Shown here: positions 1 through 20,730 of the stretch, in pieces | How the letters are laid out: each line of letters begins with the position of its first letter | Position numbering within the stretch: the first letter of the stretch is position 1 | Assembly (NCBI RefSeq): GCF_006345805.1 | Contig: NC_043015.1 | Coordinates: 38,812,001-38,876,000 of the forward strand | Reading direction: 5' to 3' | Length of the DNA stretch: 64,000 nt | DNA from: Octopus sinensis | Lineage: Eukaryota | Position numbers and translations under genes: made by a program | The notes under the pieces: generated by a model | What the model was told of the DNA's origin: nothing | What the model saw: the letters and a program-made list of their open reading frames with translations, nothing else | Databases searched by the model: none

Positions 1-604
1 CCTCCCCTTCACCTCCCACTCTCCTTTCGCAATCTTACTCTCATCTTCTCTCTCCTTTCTCTCCCTCTCCTGCTGAAGTTGCCGTGTATCTTCTTTACTG
101 TAAGATGTCCGTTTCTGTTCCCCTGCCCCCTCATACGCCATTCATCAGGCACAAACCCACCTTCCTCAATACTAGACCCTCTTTCAGTTGAGGGGGTCTT
201 GTCTTGTAAATTATTCTGTAACTTCCCTGCTGCTGGTGCCACATAAAAAAACTTCACAGAAGAGGAGACTTCCTAGGGCTGCTCCACATGGAAACCCCAT
301 AAAACCACGACCACCCTGACCACTAGGGCAAGTGTCCTCTCCACATCGTCTACAGGCACATGTTTAGAGTAGGCCTGTTCACTCGCACCATTCTTGTCAC
401 ATTCACCCACCTTTCAACAAAATTGCTGGGAGGCAGCACTTCTCTCTCGACCCTTACTTTCCTTTTCAAATGAAACTTGTAAAAGTTGATGAGGATTTGT
501 CCAAAGAGGAAAGCTATCTCCTCAGCCCTTTCACTCTAGACTACCATACAACTCTTTTTGCTAAGGCCACCAGACAAAGAAACATTGTCTACCCTTAATA
601 ATTT

Positions 605-975
605 TTTCTGTTATAGGCACAAGGCCTGAAATTTGGGGGAGGGGGATAGTCTATTACATCGACCCCAGTGCGTAACTGGTACTTATTTAATCGACTCCGA
701 AAGGATGAAAGGCAAAGTCGACCTCGGCGGAATTTGAACTCAGAACGTAGCGACGGTCGAAATACCTATTTCTTTACTACCCACAAGGGGCTAAACACAG
801 AGGGGACAAATGGATTAAGTCGATTATATCGATCCCAGTGCGTAACTGGTACTTATTTAATCGATCCCGAAAGGATGAAAGGCAAAGTCGACCTCGGCGG
901 AATTTGAACTCAGAACGTAGCAGCAGATGAAATACCGCTAAGCATTTCGTCCAGCGTGCTAACGATTCTGGCCAC
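605..975 (-). mobile_element. SINE family B (two overlapping or nested partial copies)
   Basis: aaggatgaaaggcaaagtcgacctcggcggaatttgaactcagaacgt occurs twice. Same family at about 8380-8595, 30925-31040, 31255-31395, 36000-36208, 45937-46153, 46820-46990 and 57601-57840. Confidence 0.85.
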
Positions 976-2517
976 AGAATGAAGATGATGAGCTTGTTGT
1001 GTGCAGTGTTCAGGTGCACTCGTGGCGGTTAATTTAATGCGTGGATTCCATAATACGAAAGCACTTTGATTTACTGTAAATCATGCATATGAGTTTGGTG
1101 GTGGCCGATCTTTAGCCAAAAATTCTCTTTGCTAAACGTGCAATACAGCCTTCATTTGTTTCAAATTATTATTGCTATAACAATATCGTTGCATTTATTA
1201 ATGATTAATATTGCTAGAGCTGAGCATTGTTATCATTGATATCATTTATCTATTTTCAAAAATGCAAGAAACTCTTACGTTTGCAATAAAGTGTAAATGG
1301 TACGCCATAGTCCATGATCGCCCACAGAACGCGAAATGACGTAAAATGCCTGAATGGAAAATCTATCGCCAACATGTCTCAATAAAAACAGTCACCGTCT
1401 TAAGTAGTAACAACGGTAGCTGTGTTGTTATTAAGAGTTTGGGTCTACTGGACAGTCGACTGGGGATTCCGAGGCTAATTTTCATGCTGTGGTTTTCTTT
1501 CGATAAATACTATAACCCCCCCCCCCCCCACCGTGCTTTGCTTCGTCTGAGGTGGAATCGGGGTTTAATGCTGTTAAGTAGCCGCAGCCCAGTTGAGAAC
1601 ATTCTGCCTTTCCAAGGATATGAAGGACTAATTGATCAAATAAGTACTCTCGATATTCAAAACGGTAAGCTGAAAGAGATTTGGCTGCTATTTCTAGCTG
1701 GTCGAACAGCAAGGTAGACACTTCCTCCTTGAAAGAGAACATTCACGCCAACAGGACTTCGTGCCATCGCCTGTTTACATTTATTTTATAAGGGTAATTA
1801 AACGTGGCTGTAAGTACCATATCAAAGTGTTTCGGCTGGTTTTATGGTATCAAGTTGACAGGAGGAAACGAGGAGCCTCTAAGTGGTCGATCGACCTAGA
1901 AGAAATAACGGTTGTAGGGACATATTGCCCTCAAAACCTCACCCACCCTCGTAAAACGATACAGCAGTTTTATCTATATATATATACAAAAGGGTGGTAT
2001 TATTACGGGTGGAACACCTTTCGCCATACTTATGCTCGACCAGAACTCAGCTCGTCTAAACCGAAGTTCACCTCTCTAAATAATTATTTTCGATCGATAT
2101 TTTATCATTAGTAAAATGATTGGACATAAACTTCAAAAATTCCTTTCATTACCTGAGATTCTCTGGATTTGATGGAAATGGCAAAATTGTTACGTATATT
2201 TAGATGTCATTGAAGTAAAAGGTGAACGAGCTGTTAGTGTTTTTGTTGGCCGAAAACACTTGGCAACCAGAGTGATAGAATATTTACTAATCCGTTAGCA
2301 ACACCAAACTACACTCATTGATAAAACCAGAAGCCGGGAAAAGAAAAAGAAAAAAAAATAAAGACGAATTCTTTCACGAGAAATGAGTAAGGCATCTCGT
2401 GCAGACAGGAAAATATATTAGTTTTTCTTTATTAAAGTACAAAATACTAATGCTTTTGGGAAAGAAAAGAACTGGATGACGTCCATGTCATTCTCAAATG
2501 GATTATTAGCAAGTCAA

Positions 2518-2901
2518 GTGGAGGCGCAAAGGCCCAGTGGTTAGGGTAGCGGACTCGCGGTCATAGGATCGCGGTTTCGATTCCCAGAGCGGGCGTTGTG
2601 AGTGTTTATTGAGCGAAAACACCTAAAAGCTCCACGTGGCTCCGGCAGGGGATGGTGGTGATCCCTGCAGTACTCTTTCACCACAACTTTCTCTCACTCT
2701 TACTTCCTGTTTCTGTTGTACCTGTATTTCAAAGGGCCGGCCTTGTCACTCTCTGTGTCACGCTGAATATCCCCGGGAACTACGTTAAGGGTACACGTGT
2801 CTGTGGAGTGCTCAGCCACTTACACGTTAATTTCACGAGCAGGCTGTTCTGTTGATTCGGATCAACCGGAACCCTCGTCGTCGTAACCGACGGAGTGCTT
2901 C
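2518..2901 (+). mobile_element. Full-length tRNA-derived SINE (family A) with 14-bp target-site duplication
   Basis: A-box-like GGCCCAGTGG and B-box GGTTTCGATTCC. TSD TATTAGCAAGTCAA at 2504-2517 and 2902-2915. Near-identical to copies at 58699 and 59426. Confidence 0.9.
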
Positions 2902-5900
2902 TATTAGCAAGTCAAATAAAGTGAAATATCTTCGGGTAGGTATTGAAACCCGGACGCGATCTTAGCATACCGGAATATTACCTTTTCAGCTTTTCATACT
3001 GACTGAGCAAATATTGGTTCTCAACCTTGACTCAAGAGCTCGAATCGATTGCCGTGTATGGCCACAGAAGCGGGTAGAATTTGAAGCTCAACTAAATTCA
3101 CGTTTGGTATTCGTCTAGAGTACTAGCACTTTTGTTTTCCTGCGCCCTCCACTGAACAATTAACATTGTTTATTATTAATTGTGTATTCTTAAATGAACC
3201 CGGAAAGGTGTTCCCATTAACATGCGTGGTCGTTGCCAGAGAAGCTTCCGTGTGTGGCACGTAAAAAGCACCATTCGAACGTGATTGTTACCAGCATCGC
3301 CTTACCGGCGGCACAAGAGTCAGTGGCACGTGAAAAAATATTCGAGCGAGGTCGTTGCCAGGGCAGCTGGACTGGCTCCTGTGCAGGTGGAAGGTTAAAA
3401 AAACAACCATTTGAGCAGAAACAAGAAGATAAAAGATATATATTCTGACAACCAATGCTGGCGTGTTTATGTCTCCGTAACTTAGCAGTTCGGCAAAGTA
3501 GATTGATAGAATATGTACTAGGCTTGCAAAGAATAAATCTCGGGGTTGATTTCTTTAACTAAAACCCTTTAAGGTGGTGTTCCAGCCCAGCTGCAGCCAA
3601 ATGGCTGAAAAAATTAACAGAATAACTGAATATATATAATTCTGTTGGTACTTATTCTATCAGTCTCTTTTGCCGAATCACTAAGTTACGGGGACATAAA
3701 CACACCAGCATCAGTTGCCAGGCAGCAGAAGGGGGACAAATGCAGAGACATAAATATATACATATATATATGTGTGTGTTTATGTCTCTGTAACTTAGTG
3801 GTTCAGCAAAGTAGATTGATAAAATAAGTATTAGGCTTACAAAGAATAAGTCCTGGGGTTGATTTCTTCATCTAAAACCCCTTTAAGGCAGTGCTCCAGC
3901 ATGACTGAAACAAAAAAAAAAATGAATGAAAGAAGAACCATTTGATGTCCAGCTTCCATGCTGGCAAAGGCTGGATGGTTTCACAGGACCTGGTGACTTA
4001 AAGGACTGCACCACACTCTACTTTTGTATGGTTTCCACAGCTGGGTGCCTTTCCTTATGCCAACCAGTTTATAGAGTACTGGATGCTTTTTTTTTCTGTG
4101 ACACTGATTCAGTGATTGCCTCATAATTTGCAAGGCTGAGGGCGTAAAGTAGCCCCTGTAACCAAGAGAAGGTACAAGAGTGTGGGCTATCATTCAAGGT
4201 GGAGGAATGGGGTTAGTAAGAAGAGGGGATGGAGAGGTATGGCACAGATGATGAAAGGGAAGGGATTAGTGACAGGGGCTATAGAAAAATAAAAAAACGA
4301 AAGGGGATGGACTGAGCGGAATGATGATATGTTGGGTTGTGCAAGGAGGGTATCTAGAGCAATCCAATATTAGAAGGGTGGGTATGAACAGATGGGGGAA
4401 AGGAAGAGAGATAGGAAGAAAGCAATAACCAAGAGTAGAGAGAGAGATCCTGTGGGAGTCATTGAAGGAAAATAAGTTGTGGGGGATTTATGGGGATACA
4501 TCAGAGGGGGAAAGCTGAAGAGAAAGGTGAGGCTGTTGAAGGGGAAGAGAAGTTATGGAGAAGCGGAGAGTGAGAGAAAAGGAGGCACAAGATGAGGAGC
4601 AAGAAGATGTTGGAGAGTATTGTAGATGTAGGAGGAAGAGGAAGAGGAGAATCTCAATGCTGCAAAGGCATTCTAAATGGGGGAGGCAGTGGAGGGGATG
4701 GAGAAAGAGAGAGAGAGGGGGAGAAAGACAAACAGACAGAGTATGATAGAGAGAAACAGCAGATGAGTGAGTGAAGGAAATGATAGAAGGCATCCTAGAG
4801 GTGTAAGAGCTGGTAGTAAGAATAAGATAAGAGGAGGTATTGAGTGACAGTAGAGGTAACCTGAGAGAGAGAGAGAGTGTGTGTGTGAGTGATGAAGAGA
4901 TGGGAGACTTGGGTGAAGGAAGATGTAAGGTTCGGGTTAGGGATAAGAAATGAAAGAACAACAAGTCTGTGTGTTTGTGCTTTTTGATTGAGAGATAAAC
5001 AAAACTCTGTGTGAAGTTCCAAATACAAAATATTTATTAATCATAAACAAAATAATGTGTTGTTATGGTGAATGACAGAAAAGAAAATATTTAAGACAAG
5101 TGAATCAATTTGTGTTTGTCAGCAGCCATGAGTGGACTGAATTCATTCTGTGGTTGTTGTCGAGTGCCATAAATTTCTGTAGTGTCATAAATTTCTTGGC
5201 TGCTTTATGGTCACTGGAAAATTAGCAGATAAACAAACTATGCATAATGTCTTTCAACGAAAAGGAGCCAAAGACAAAATTGTTAATGACATTTCAGTAT
5301 GTCATTTGTCCAAAATTATGATTGTATACAACATAAGGATTCAAAGGGTAAAACATCTGTTGGATTTATTGTATTTTGTTGGTCACTTCAGCTATTGATT
5401 AAAAGCATGTTCATGAGGGTTCTACTTGAGATTTGAGTGGTCAGCTTTTTGTTGATGTTATCAATCCATGACAGAATTCTGTTATTTATCATTTTTTTTC
5501 TTCTGAACAGTGATTCAGGTTTGATTTCTAGTCAATGAGTTGGTGTTTAGGACTCTATCAAACATTCTTGCCGTATGTATATATGTCTGTGTCACAGCTT
5601 TTTAATTGCTCCCCTTGTGTTTTTCTTTTTCTTGGGTGGACAAGTATTCTATAACATCACGTACTGGCAATCTGTAGAGTCTTTTGTCTTCAGATCAGCT
5701 TTCACCATTTTGGTCCTAAGTTTTCTTTGGCCCTCCTCTTCCACAGACTGCAACAGTCATCTTCAAACACATCTCATGCTTGTATCAACATAGTCTCTCA
5801 TCTTCTGCACACTACACCTGATTCCACTTATATCCATTTCTCCTCTTGGCTCATTTCTATTCTGGCAACCAAGTACACTGACATACCACATCCATCAGAG

Positions 5901-7943
5901 CAAGACAGCTTCATTTTTTTCAAGTTTCCACAAATTTTCTGATTGCAAGACTCATGTCAAGTTACCACGCAGCATCGCAGTTCTAGCACACCACTTTCAT
6001 TCTGAGAGAAAAACTTGGTGCCACCACAGTGATGTAACTAGAGTGTGTGCTGCCAGGGCAGTCTCTGAGTTTGCCGCTTCCCTCTCCCAAATATTCCTGC
6101 TATACATACGTATGTATGCATGTATGTACATATGTTTATACAGCAGACCCAAAAATGCCATCTGAGGTGGACCCTGCCAACACCCAGTTACACCCTAGTC
6201 AGCAATGGTAGTAGCTCCCTGAACTTTTTCCAACCTGTTCGTAACCCGGCTACTACACTTTCCAAGTAACCATCTCCCCGTCCCACCCTAACTATGTCTT
6301 CTAGGTAACAGAAACTATCAACTACTTGTGGTGAGCCACCTGGGCGTTTAAGAGAATCTATGCAAAATCACCCAAAAGTAGAGAAAGAACGGTAAAACAG
6401 GTGACATACATTAGTCACTGTTTGCATAAAATTACAGGTAGTTTGTAATCAGCCACGGTACCATGGTACCAAGACGCATTCTGCTTTCACTGTCTCATCA
6501 GAATGCTCTTTCCGTTAGCTTTGTCAGGGGACAACGACTTTATTAGTATCGTATAATTGACATATGTTGTTGAGTCTCAGAGTTGGAAAGCTTTGGTTAA
6601 CTGAAATTATCCATGCAATTAGTAAACAAAGTTTCCTAAAGAGGCATTCAAAAACTTAAAAGAAAAAAAAATCAACACAAGCAAGGGAGATAAATCCAAT
6701 AATATGAACTAATTTAATGGAAAATGAAAATGATAGATCAGAGTGGACCTTGTGTTTAAAAAAGCAAGACATGATTCATTTGTATCAAATCTCCTCAGTG
6801 AATTTTTATCCAACTCAGTTGGCAAGGCATAGAAGTGATTAGTATTTGTAAATGGGAATAGAAAGGATTTCATTTTATTATATCAGTGCATCCTATACAT
6901 GTTGACTGCATGTCTGAATTAATGCACATATACATACATACACATTCATTCATTGTGTATAAATGTGTCTACATACAAATATGCATGTCTATGAGGATTT
7001 GTGCACACACACACACATTCATATATCACAGAACACTGAAGGCACTTGAACGGAGAGAGCACATCTGAAGGAATAAGGATCTCCCTTGGCACAACCACTC
7101 ATAATGATGGCTTCAATCTCACGAGGCATAAGAACTTTGCAGCCTTTTGCTATTACAGGGTTTTGATGCATCCAAACTTCGTAGGTACTCCTACTTTTAG
7201 TTGCAGATTGTAAGGAGATGCAACAGATGGCTGAATGGGGATAAACTCAGAAGCATTTCTTGAGATGTGTTCATTACTCTACATTTTTTTTTAATATTTA
7301 GACACGTCCATTCCTTACAACTGAAGTAAAACTTTTGCAAAGTGGGCTGCAACGAAAGTGCTATTAAGTGTGATTCTCTAATTGGAAGAAAGAAATATTT
7401 GAGGCCTTCTCTCAAACTCATCAGCCTGAGTATCCTTTAGAATGATTGGCAGAGTTTGCCTGAAATCACCAGAGAAAAAAACTGACTTCAGCTGAGTTGT
7501 AGGTTGTGATAGGGAGCTGCCAATGCAGTCTTTGAGACATTGTGCAGTCGCCTGATACTTTCAGTTTGGACTGCTTCGAAACCTCTAAATTGTTAACATT
7601 GCACACAAGACTGTCACTGTAGGTTGAGTGGCAGCTTAAAAAGACAGAATGACATAAGTGCTGCCACCTGTGAACAAAGCTGATAAAACTCCAAATGAGG
7701 ACTCTGCAATAATATTTGAGAGATTAAACTTTGGTCCAAATTAGGTTGAGCAAAAATTCTTTACCAATTCCACAAGAAGCATCAAGGGAAAGGACCCCTC
7801 TTGACCGAGATATCATTAATTGTTCGATCTTTGCATTAGTTTATATATAAATATCATCATCATTGTTTAACGTCCGTTGTTTTATGCTAGCATGGGTTGG
7901 ACAGTTCGATCGGGGTCTGGGAAGCCAGGAGGCTGCACCATGC

Positions 7944-7991
<48 letters not shown>

Positions 7992-10522
7992 GGAACCACA
8001 CACACACATTAATATAATGATACCAACTGTAGAAGCACTCATGTAAAATTTTTTCTTAAGTATATGAAAATTTAAATTGGATTCTATACATAAACAGACT
8101 CAAGATTGTGTTCTGAGAGTATAGGAATGAACTTAAGGTCAACAACAGAGTAAATACAAATTAACTGTAATAATCAGTTCAATTATTCTGGTAGCCTAAT
8201 GTTTTTTTACCTAATGAAGATTCCATCACAAAAGCAGGATTTCCTTTCCAGAACCAGAAAATACTTCAGTCCTTAACAGCTACTAACCCTTTCCAGACAT
8301 TATGCCTTTCACACATGAAACAGTTCACCAATCACACACACATATATATATATTCTTGGTCATATCTAAAAGCTGTATCTGGTGGTGAGCTGGTAGAATC
8401 GGTTCCACGCCAGGCAAAATGCTTAGTAGCATTCCATCAGTCATTATGTTCTGAGCTCAAATTCGACCAAGGTTGGCGTTTCCTTTCATGGTTGATAAAA
8501 TAAGTCCCAGTTGAGCATTGGGGTCAATGTAATTGACTAGCCCCCGACTCCCACACCTGAAATTGCTGGCCTTGTGCCAAAACTGGAAACCAATATTTAA
8601 AAGCTGTAAAGTTAACCTTCATTCCTTTATACTCCCGAACTGCTGTGTCCTTCCTGTCTTCTACAACAATCTCTGCTCCTCTTATTTCACCTTTCTACAC
8701 ATTCAACACAGCCTGGTCCTTTTCTAGAACTAATTCCTCTAAAACACCACTAACTTTCAATATTTTAAATTGATATCTTTATCCTCATCTTTATTACAGA
8801 CAATATAATTTAAAATTTGAGTAACATTTCAAAAAGCAACTTGTGAAAAAAAAACAATGGTTGACAAAAAATTCTTAAGAATGAAGAATTTTCCCTATGA
8901 CAGAGTTCTTCCAAGAAGTATGTTCCAGAAAAAAAAAAGGATTCTCTAATATCTATTCTATTTCTGTGATTATCATTAAAAAAGCAGTATAGCCTGAACA
9001 GATAAATTTAAGGGTGTTTTACCTTAATATAGCCATGTAATATTTCTGTTTTGATAACCAGACAAAAGAAACCGTTCTTATTTTCATCAGGATAGAATAA
9101 GTAATAAATTTGGAATTATACAAACGTACACACTTCCCTTTTCACAGAACAGGCTCTTATAATTACTAAAGAGAAATCATAAACGGAAAAAAAATAAAAG
9201 AAATAAAATAAATGGAAAAACTGCAATTTGCAATGTCATTTTCATTATAGAATAAAATTCTTTATTAAAACAAGTTGTCTAGTCAAAGACTATAAAGTTC
9301 AGTGTTAGACTTTTTCAATATTACAAAAGCTCAATTGAAGCAATTTAAATACTGAACATAATTGTTTTTATTAAAAAAAAAAACTAATAAATAATAATAA
9401 TAATGAGCCAAGCAGTAGTTAACCATTAACTGGAAAGTTTGGTGAAATTGAACCATAATTTGGAATCCAAAGAATTTTGTATGTAACAAGAATAATAGCT
9501 AAGGATCTACTAAAGATATTCTGTTAAAAATATAGAATTGAAATGGAGACAGTTTTTAATGTACAAGTCAGCTTCAGCTTTTGAGCTATACACCTCTCTC
9601 AGGGCCAGGCTATTTGAGTGCAATCAAACATACAATCAGCATAGAATTTGGTCCCTTGTTGAGTGAAAACAGCTGTTGTAGTTGGAAAGGTCACCAAACT
9701 AATCTCTAGTAAAGAGGAACAAGTATTGTGAAGAACAATACTTTATTTAGTGGAAGACAAACAAACATCAGAAAAAAAAAAGGGGGGGAAAAAATATAAG
9801 CATTACAGAAAAACTCTTTCAATGAAAAGGTGTAGAGGTGCCAGAAATAAGTAGAAAATGGTGCAGAGCTGAATACGAGAGATTTGATAAATGGGAAAAT
9901 GTAACTGTGGTGCTATTTGTACCATTTCCATTGCTAGTGATCTTGGAAAAGGTAAATGCTATTCCTTGTCATTTTCTGCATCCTAAATCTCTCAGGTGTT
10001 TTCCCTATTTACAAAATTTGATAATTCTGAAGAAATAATATTTAAGGTAAATAAAATAAAAAATGGAGGAAGTAAATTAGAAAAAACTCAAATCTAGAAA
10101 CTGTATCAAACAATTTTATCATCCTTATTTGTAGCTCAAGCAAATGGTTTCCTAACCATTTCATGAAAGCTTACAGATGTGATATGCTCATAGTTCACTA
10201 AGTGGGTGAAATTAATTTTATATTAAAATAAAACATTTTTGTTTAAGACAATGTGATGAAGTAATTTATTTTCACATTTTAATATATTTAAATAAATTTT
10301 ATCAAAGGACACATGTCTTTAGAAAATAAAGTTGTAAACGAGAAAAAAAATATATTATATGGTATGAAATGATTTCTGGAACAGCCTATAGAGAACATCG
10401 TTTTTGAGGAGATGCTCTGGAAGGAATATACTTTTCTTCGCTTTCAAAATAAGCTGCCCAGCAGAATCAAAATCCATATGGCATCCTTTCAAACAGATTG
10501 GTCAAATATCTTCATTGATTTA

Positions 10523-17246
<6,724 letters not shown>

Positions 17247-17509
17247 ATTCTCTGCTCAACCAACTCCAAACGTCGACAAAACAGAAGAACACAAGAGAGA
17301 GAGATGTTCCGATGCGAGGAAATAAGAGTGGCAGGCTTTTCTTTTCGCTGCTCGGTTGACGGGGGTCAGTATTTGGGAAAATCAAACGGAATTGGTGAAA
17401 GCCAGGCTAAGTTTGGCGAATGTTGTCCAAGACTTGGCAGAAAACCGCAGCCGAACGACGTCGTGGATGGTTTTAGTGAGAGAGGGGCAGAGAGAGAGGG
17501 AAGAGGCAG

Positions 17510-17722
17510 AGAGAGATGTGGTAAGGGAAATGAGAGAGGAGCGAGGAGAAAGTGTGACGTTGTAGAGACGTGCGGAGGATGGAGGACTGAGGAACAGAGA
17601 AAGAGGAAGAGTGAGAGAGAAGTGGTAAGAGAAATGAGAGAGGAGCGAGGAGAAAGTGTGACGTTGTAGAGACGTGCGGAGGGTTGAGGACTGGGGGAAG
17701 AGAGAAAGAGGAAGAGTGAGAG
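17510..17722. repeat. ~104-bp tandem duplication, purine-rich, upstream of SERP1
   Basis: GTGTGACGTTGTAGAGACGTGCGGAGG occurs at 17552 and 17656. Confidence 0.85.
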
Positions 17723-17808
17723 AGATAGAGCAGAGAAAGAAAGAAAGCTGAAGCTGAGGGAAATATAGATAGAGTAAGAGGAAAACAAGTGGGGAGGCGA
17801 GAGAGAGT

Positions 17809-17817
17809 GCCACGTCA
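17809..17817 (-). promoter_or_regulatory. UPRE-type XBP1s/ATF6 motif (TGACGTGGC) upstream of SERP1
   Basis: Plus-strand GCCACGTCA about 565 bp upstream of the SERP1 ATG. SERP1/RAMP4 is an established XBP1 target in mammals. Confidence 0.55.
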
Positions 17818-17913
17818 CAATATTTGGCAAAGCAAAACAACAAATCCTTTCTAACCGACATTTATTTATTTACTTATTCTTTACTGGACACTGTTGAATG
17901 CTTTATATATATG

Positions 17914-17952
<39 letters not shown>

Positions 17953-17965
17953 TATATATACGTAA

Positions 17966-17998
<33 letters not shown>

Positions 17999-18000
17999 CA

Positions 18001-18113
18001 TACATATTAGAGAGGAAACCACTATGTGGACACCCTTATACTAGAAATAGATATCCGGATCTATTTCTAGCATAAGGGGGTGTCCACATAGTGGTTCCCC
18101 CTCTAATATGTAT
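18001..18113. repeat. ~113-bp near-perfect palindrome (mini-MITE/hairpin) embedded in (TA)n
   Basis: TACATATTAGAGAGGAAACCACTATGTGGACACCC..CTAGAAATAGAT / ATCTATTTCTAG..GGGTGTCCACATAGTGGTTCCCCCTCTAATATGTA. Confidence 0.88.
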
Positions 18114-18877
18114 ATAATACAATTTTACTGAACCTTCAGTTTTTTTTATATGCCAGACCACTGGTGTGAAATCGATGTTAATTAAATTAATATCTAATTT
18201 CTCACCCTCATTTTAAATTTATACACACACACACACACACCACACACACACACACACACAATATATATATATATATATAATATATATATATATATAATAT
18301 ATATATATATACATACATACATGTGTACATATATGTATTCATACATACATTCATACATACATACATGTGTACATATATGTATTCATTTTAAGATCGATTT
18401 GAATCAAAGTATTTTAACATTCAGGACACCAAGAAAGGTGCCAGCTCAGCACATAGGTGTATATATCGTACAAATACATCTATATATATACACGATCATA
18501 TCCATAGATTTACATATATATTGTACACGCACATACATACATACATACATATATATATATGTAAATATATAATATACATGCAAGTGTCTACAAATGCACG
18601 ACCCGATGTAAGTTCCAGATCCAACATAGGGAAGGTTTCATGTATATTGTTTGCGTAAAATAATAACACAAATGGGTTTAAAGTCCACTAAGGCTGTTTC
18701 AGACGCAATTTTTATTGATTAATACTTCGAGTAGATCAGATAAAAAAAACGTCTTCTTCAGGTGATTAAAAAAAAATAATGCTTCTCAGTTAGGCATCAT
18801 TGAAGAAAGCCTCTTTTATGTCTTCTGTGATGCTGAACTGAGAGGATCGATCCACATGTATTTTTTTTCTCAGAACC

Positions 18878-19715
18878 ATCATCATCATCATCGTTTAACG
18901 TCCGTTTTCCATGCTAGCATGGGTTCGACGGTTCGACCGGGGTCTGGGAAGCCAGGAGGCTGCACCAGGCTCCAGTCTGATCTGGCAGTGTTTCTACTGC
19001 TGGATGCCCTTCCTAACGCCAACCACTCCGTGAGTGTAGTGGGTGCTTTTTACGTGCCACTGGCACAGGTGCCAGGGGAGGCTGGCAACGGCCACAATTG
19101 GTTGGTGCTTTTTACGTGCCTCCAGCATGTAAGCCTGTCAACGCGGCACTGACATCGGCCACATTCAGATAGTGCCACTGGCACAGGTATCACAACTACA
19201 ATTTCTAAGGAAGACATGGGATGAGGTAGTAAAGCATGACCTTCGAATGTTGGGCCTCACAGAGGCAATGCTGAGAGACCAAGACCTCTAGAGATATGCC
19301 GTAACTGCAAAGACCCATCAAGCCAAGTGAAATCACAGTCATGGCTGATGTAACCGACACCTTTTGAGTGTTGAGCCTCATGGAGCAAAGTGGTTGAGCT
19401 GCTTTCAAATGTTGGGCCTCACAGAAGTAATGGCTGAGACCTTTGACATTATGTCGGGCTTGAGAAGACCCATCAAGCCATGTAAAATCACAGTCATGGC
19501 AGATACTGGTGTCATGCAAATGGCACCCGTGCCAGTGGCACGTAAAAAGCACCCACTACACTCTTGGCATGATTGGCATTATTAAGGGCATCCAGCTGTA
19601 GAAACCATGCAAAAACAGACTGGTGTCTGGTGCAGCCTTTCAACTTACTAGTCCTGGTCAAACCGTCCAACCCCACCAGCATGGACAATGGACATTAGAT
19701 GATGATGATGATGAT
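18878..19715. mobile_element. Two head-to-head 3' fragments of an RTE-like LINE with (ATG)n tails
   Basis: 18878-19200 is on the minus strand. 19205-19715 is on the plus strand and includes a decayed ORF end (KTWDEVVKHDLRMLGLTEAM-like, RTE C-terminus) followed by a GCACGTAAAAAGCACC-containing 3' region and a (GAT)n tail. Confidence 0.7.
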
Positions 19716-20269
19716 ACATACACACACACATATATATATGTATATATATATGATTGATTTCTTTCCATTTCTGTCCACCCAATCCACTCTCAGGGCTTTG
19801 GTCAGTCCAAGGCCATAGTTGAAGGCACTTGCCCATGGTAACATACAGAGGGACCGAACCAAGAATCATATAGTTGAAAAGCTAACCTATGGGTTCAATC
19901 CCACAGCTTGGTATCCCGAACAGCTGCCTTTTACTACAGCCTCAAATCAACCAAAGTCCTCTGAGTTAAATTAGGGGGAGAGGAAACTGTATAGAAGCCT
20001 GCCAGGTAGATTGTAACTGTAATTTAAAAAGTACTACCTCATTACATTTGATTTTATTTGTTTCACTCATTGGACTGTGGCCATGCTGGGGCACTTAGAA
20101 GGATTTTAGCTGACCAAATCGACCCCAGGAATTATTTTTTTTAAAGCTTGGTACTTATTCTATCAGTCTCTTTTGCCGAACAACTGATGTATAGGGGTGT
20201 AAACGAACCAACACTGGTTGTTAAGCAATGGTGGGGTGACAAACACAGACACGTGGTTACCACATAGTG

Positions 20270-20730
20270 TAATATCAATGGTGGAACACAGAGCAATCCA
20301 GTGATGCCGCACAAAGAAAATTGTCTCAATTCAACAGGTCAACTACTGGGAGAGGCTGAGAATATTTAGACTCTACTCCCTGGAACGGAGACAGGAAAGA
20401 TATGCATTGATAGACATCTGGAAAATCCTAGAAGGACTTGCACCAAACTTTGGCATTAAAAGTTATACAAACACCAGAACAGCACACAACTGCATAGTGC
20501 CAAGAATTGCAACATCGACATTAAGATACGGACCAGATACTGCAACAGCTTGGCTTTCAAGAGCCCACAGCACTTCAATATCCTCCCAAAAAGCCTGAGA
20601 GACCTATGTGGGGTAAATGCAGGTGGATCTACTCATGTCATGAGTTGTGGATGAACCTACCTTGTGGCAAGAAATGCAAATGAGGGCAGCAGTATCAGAC
20701 TCCCTCATTCACCAAAATGCTACACATCAC
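20270..20730 (+). mobile_element. Decayed LINE ORF2 C-terminal fragment, same family as 13420-13980
   Basis: LYSLERRQERYALIDIWKILEGLAPNFGI motif, with frameshifts. Confidence 0.7.

Noticed and set aside
1-600. Possible coding exon or retroelement gag-like ORF
   Set aside because: It is truncated by the window edge, the frames are interrupted and no motif is recognisable.
2518-2600. tRNA gene
   Set aside because: It is the tRNA-like head of a SINE, continuous with a repeat body and TSDs.
4130-4960. Purine-rich region with 60-158 aa ORFs
   Set aside because: Strand-biased low-complexity sequence, probably a decayed LINE. No supportable product.
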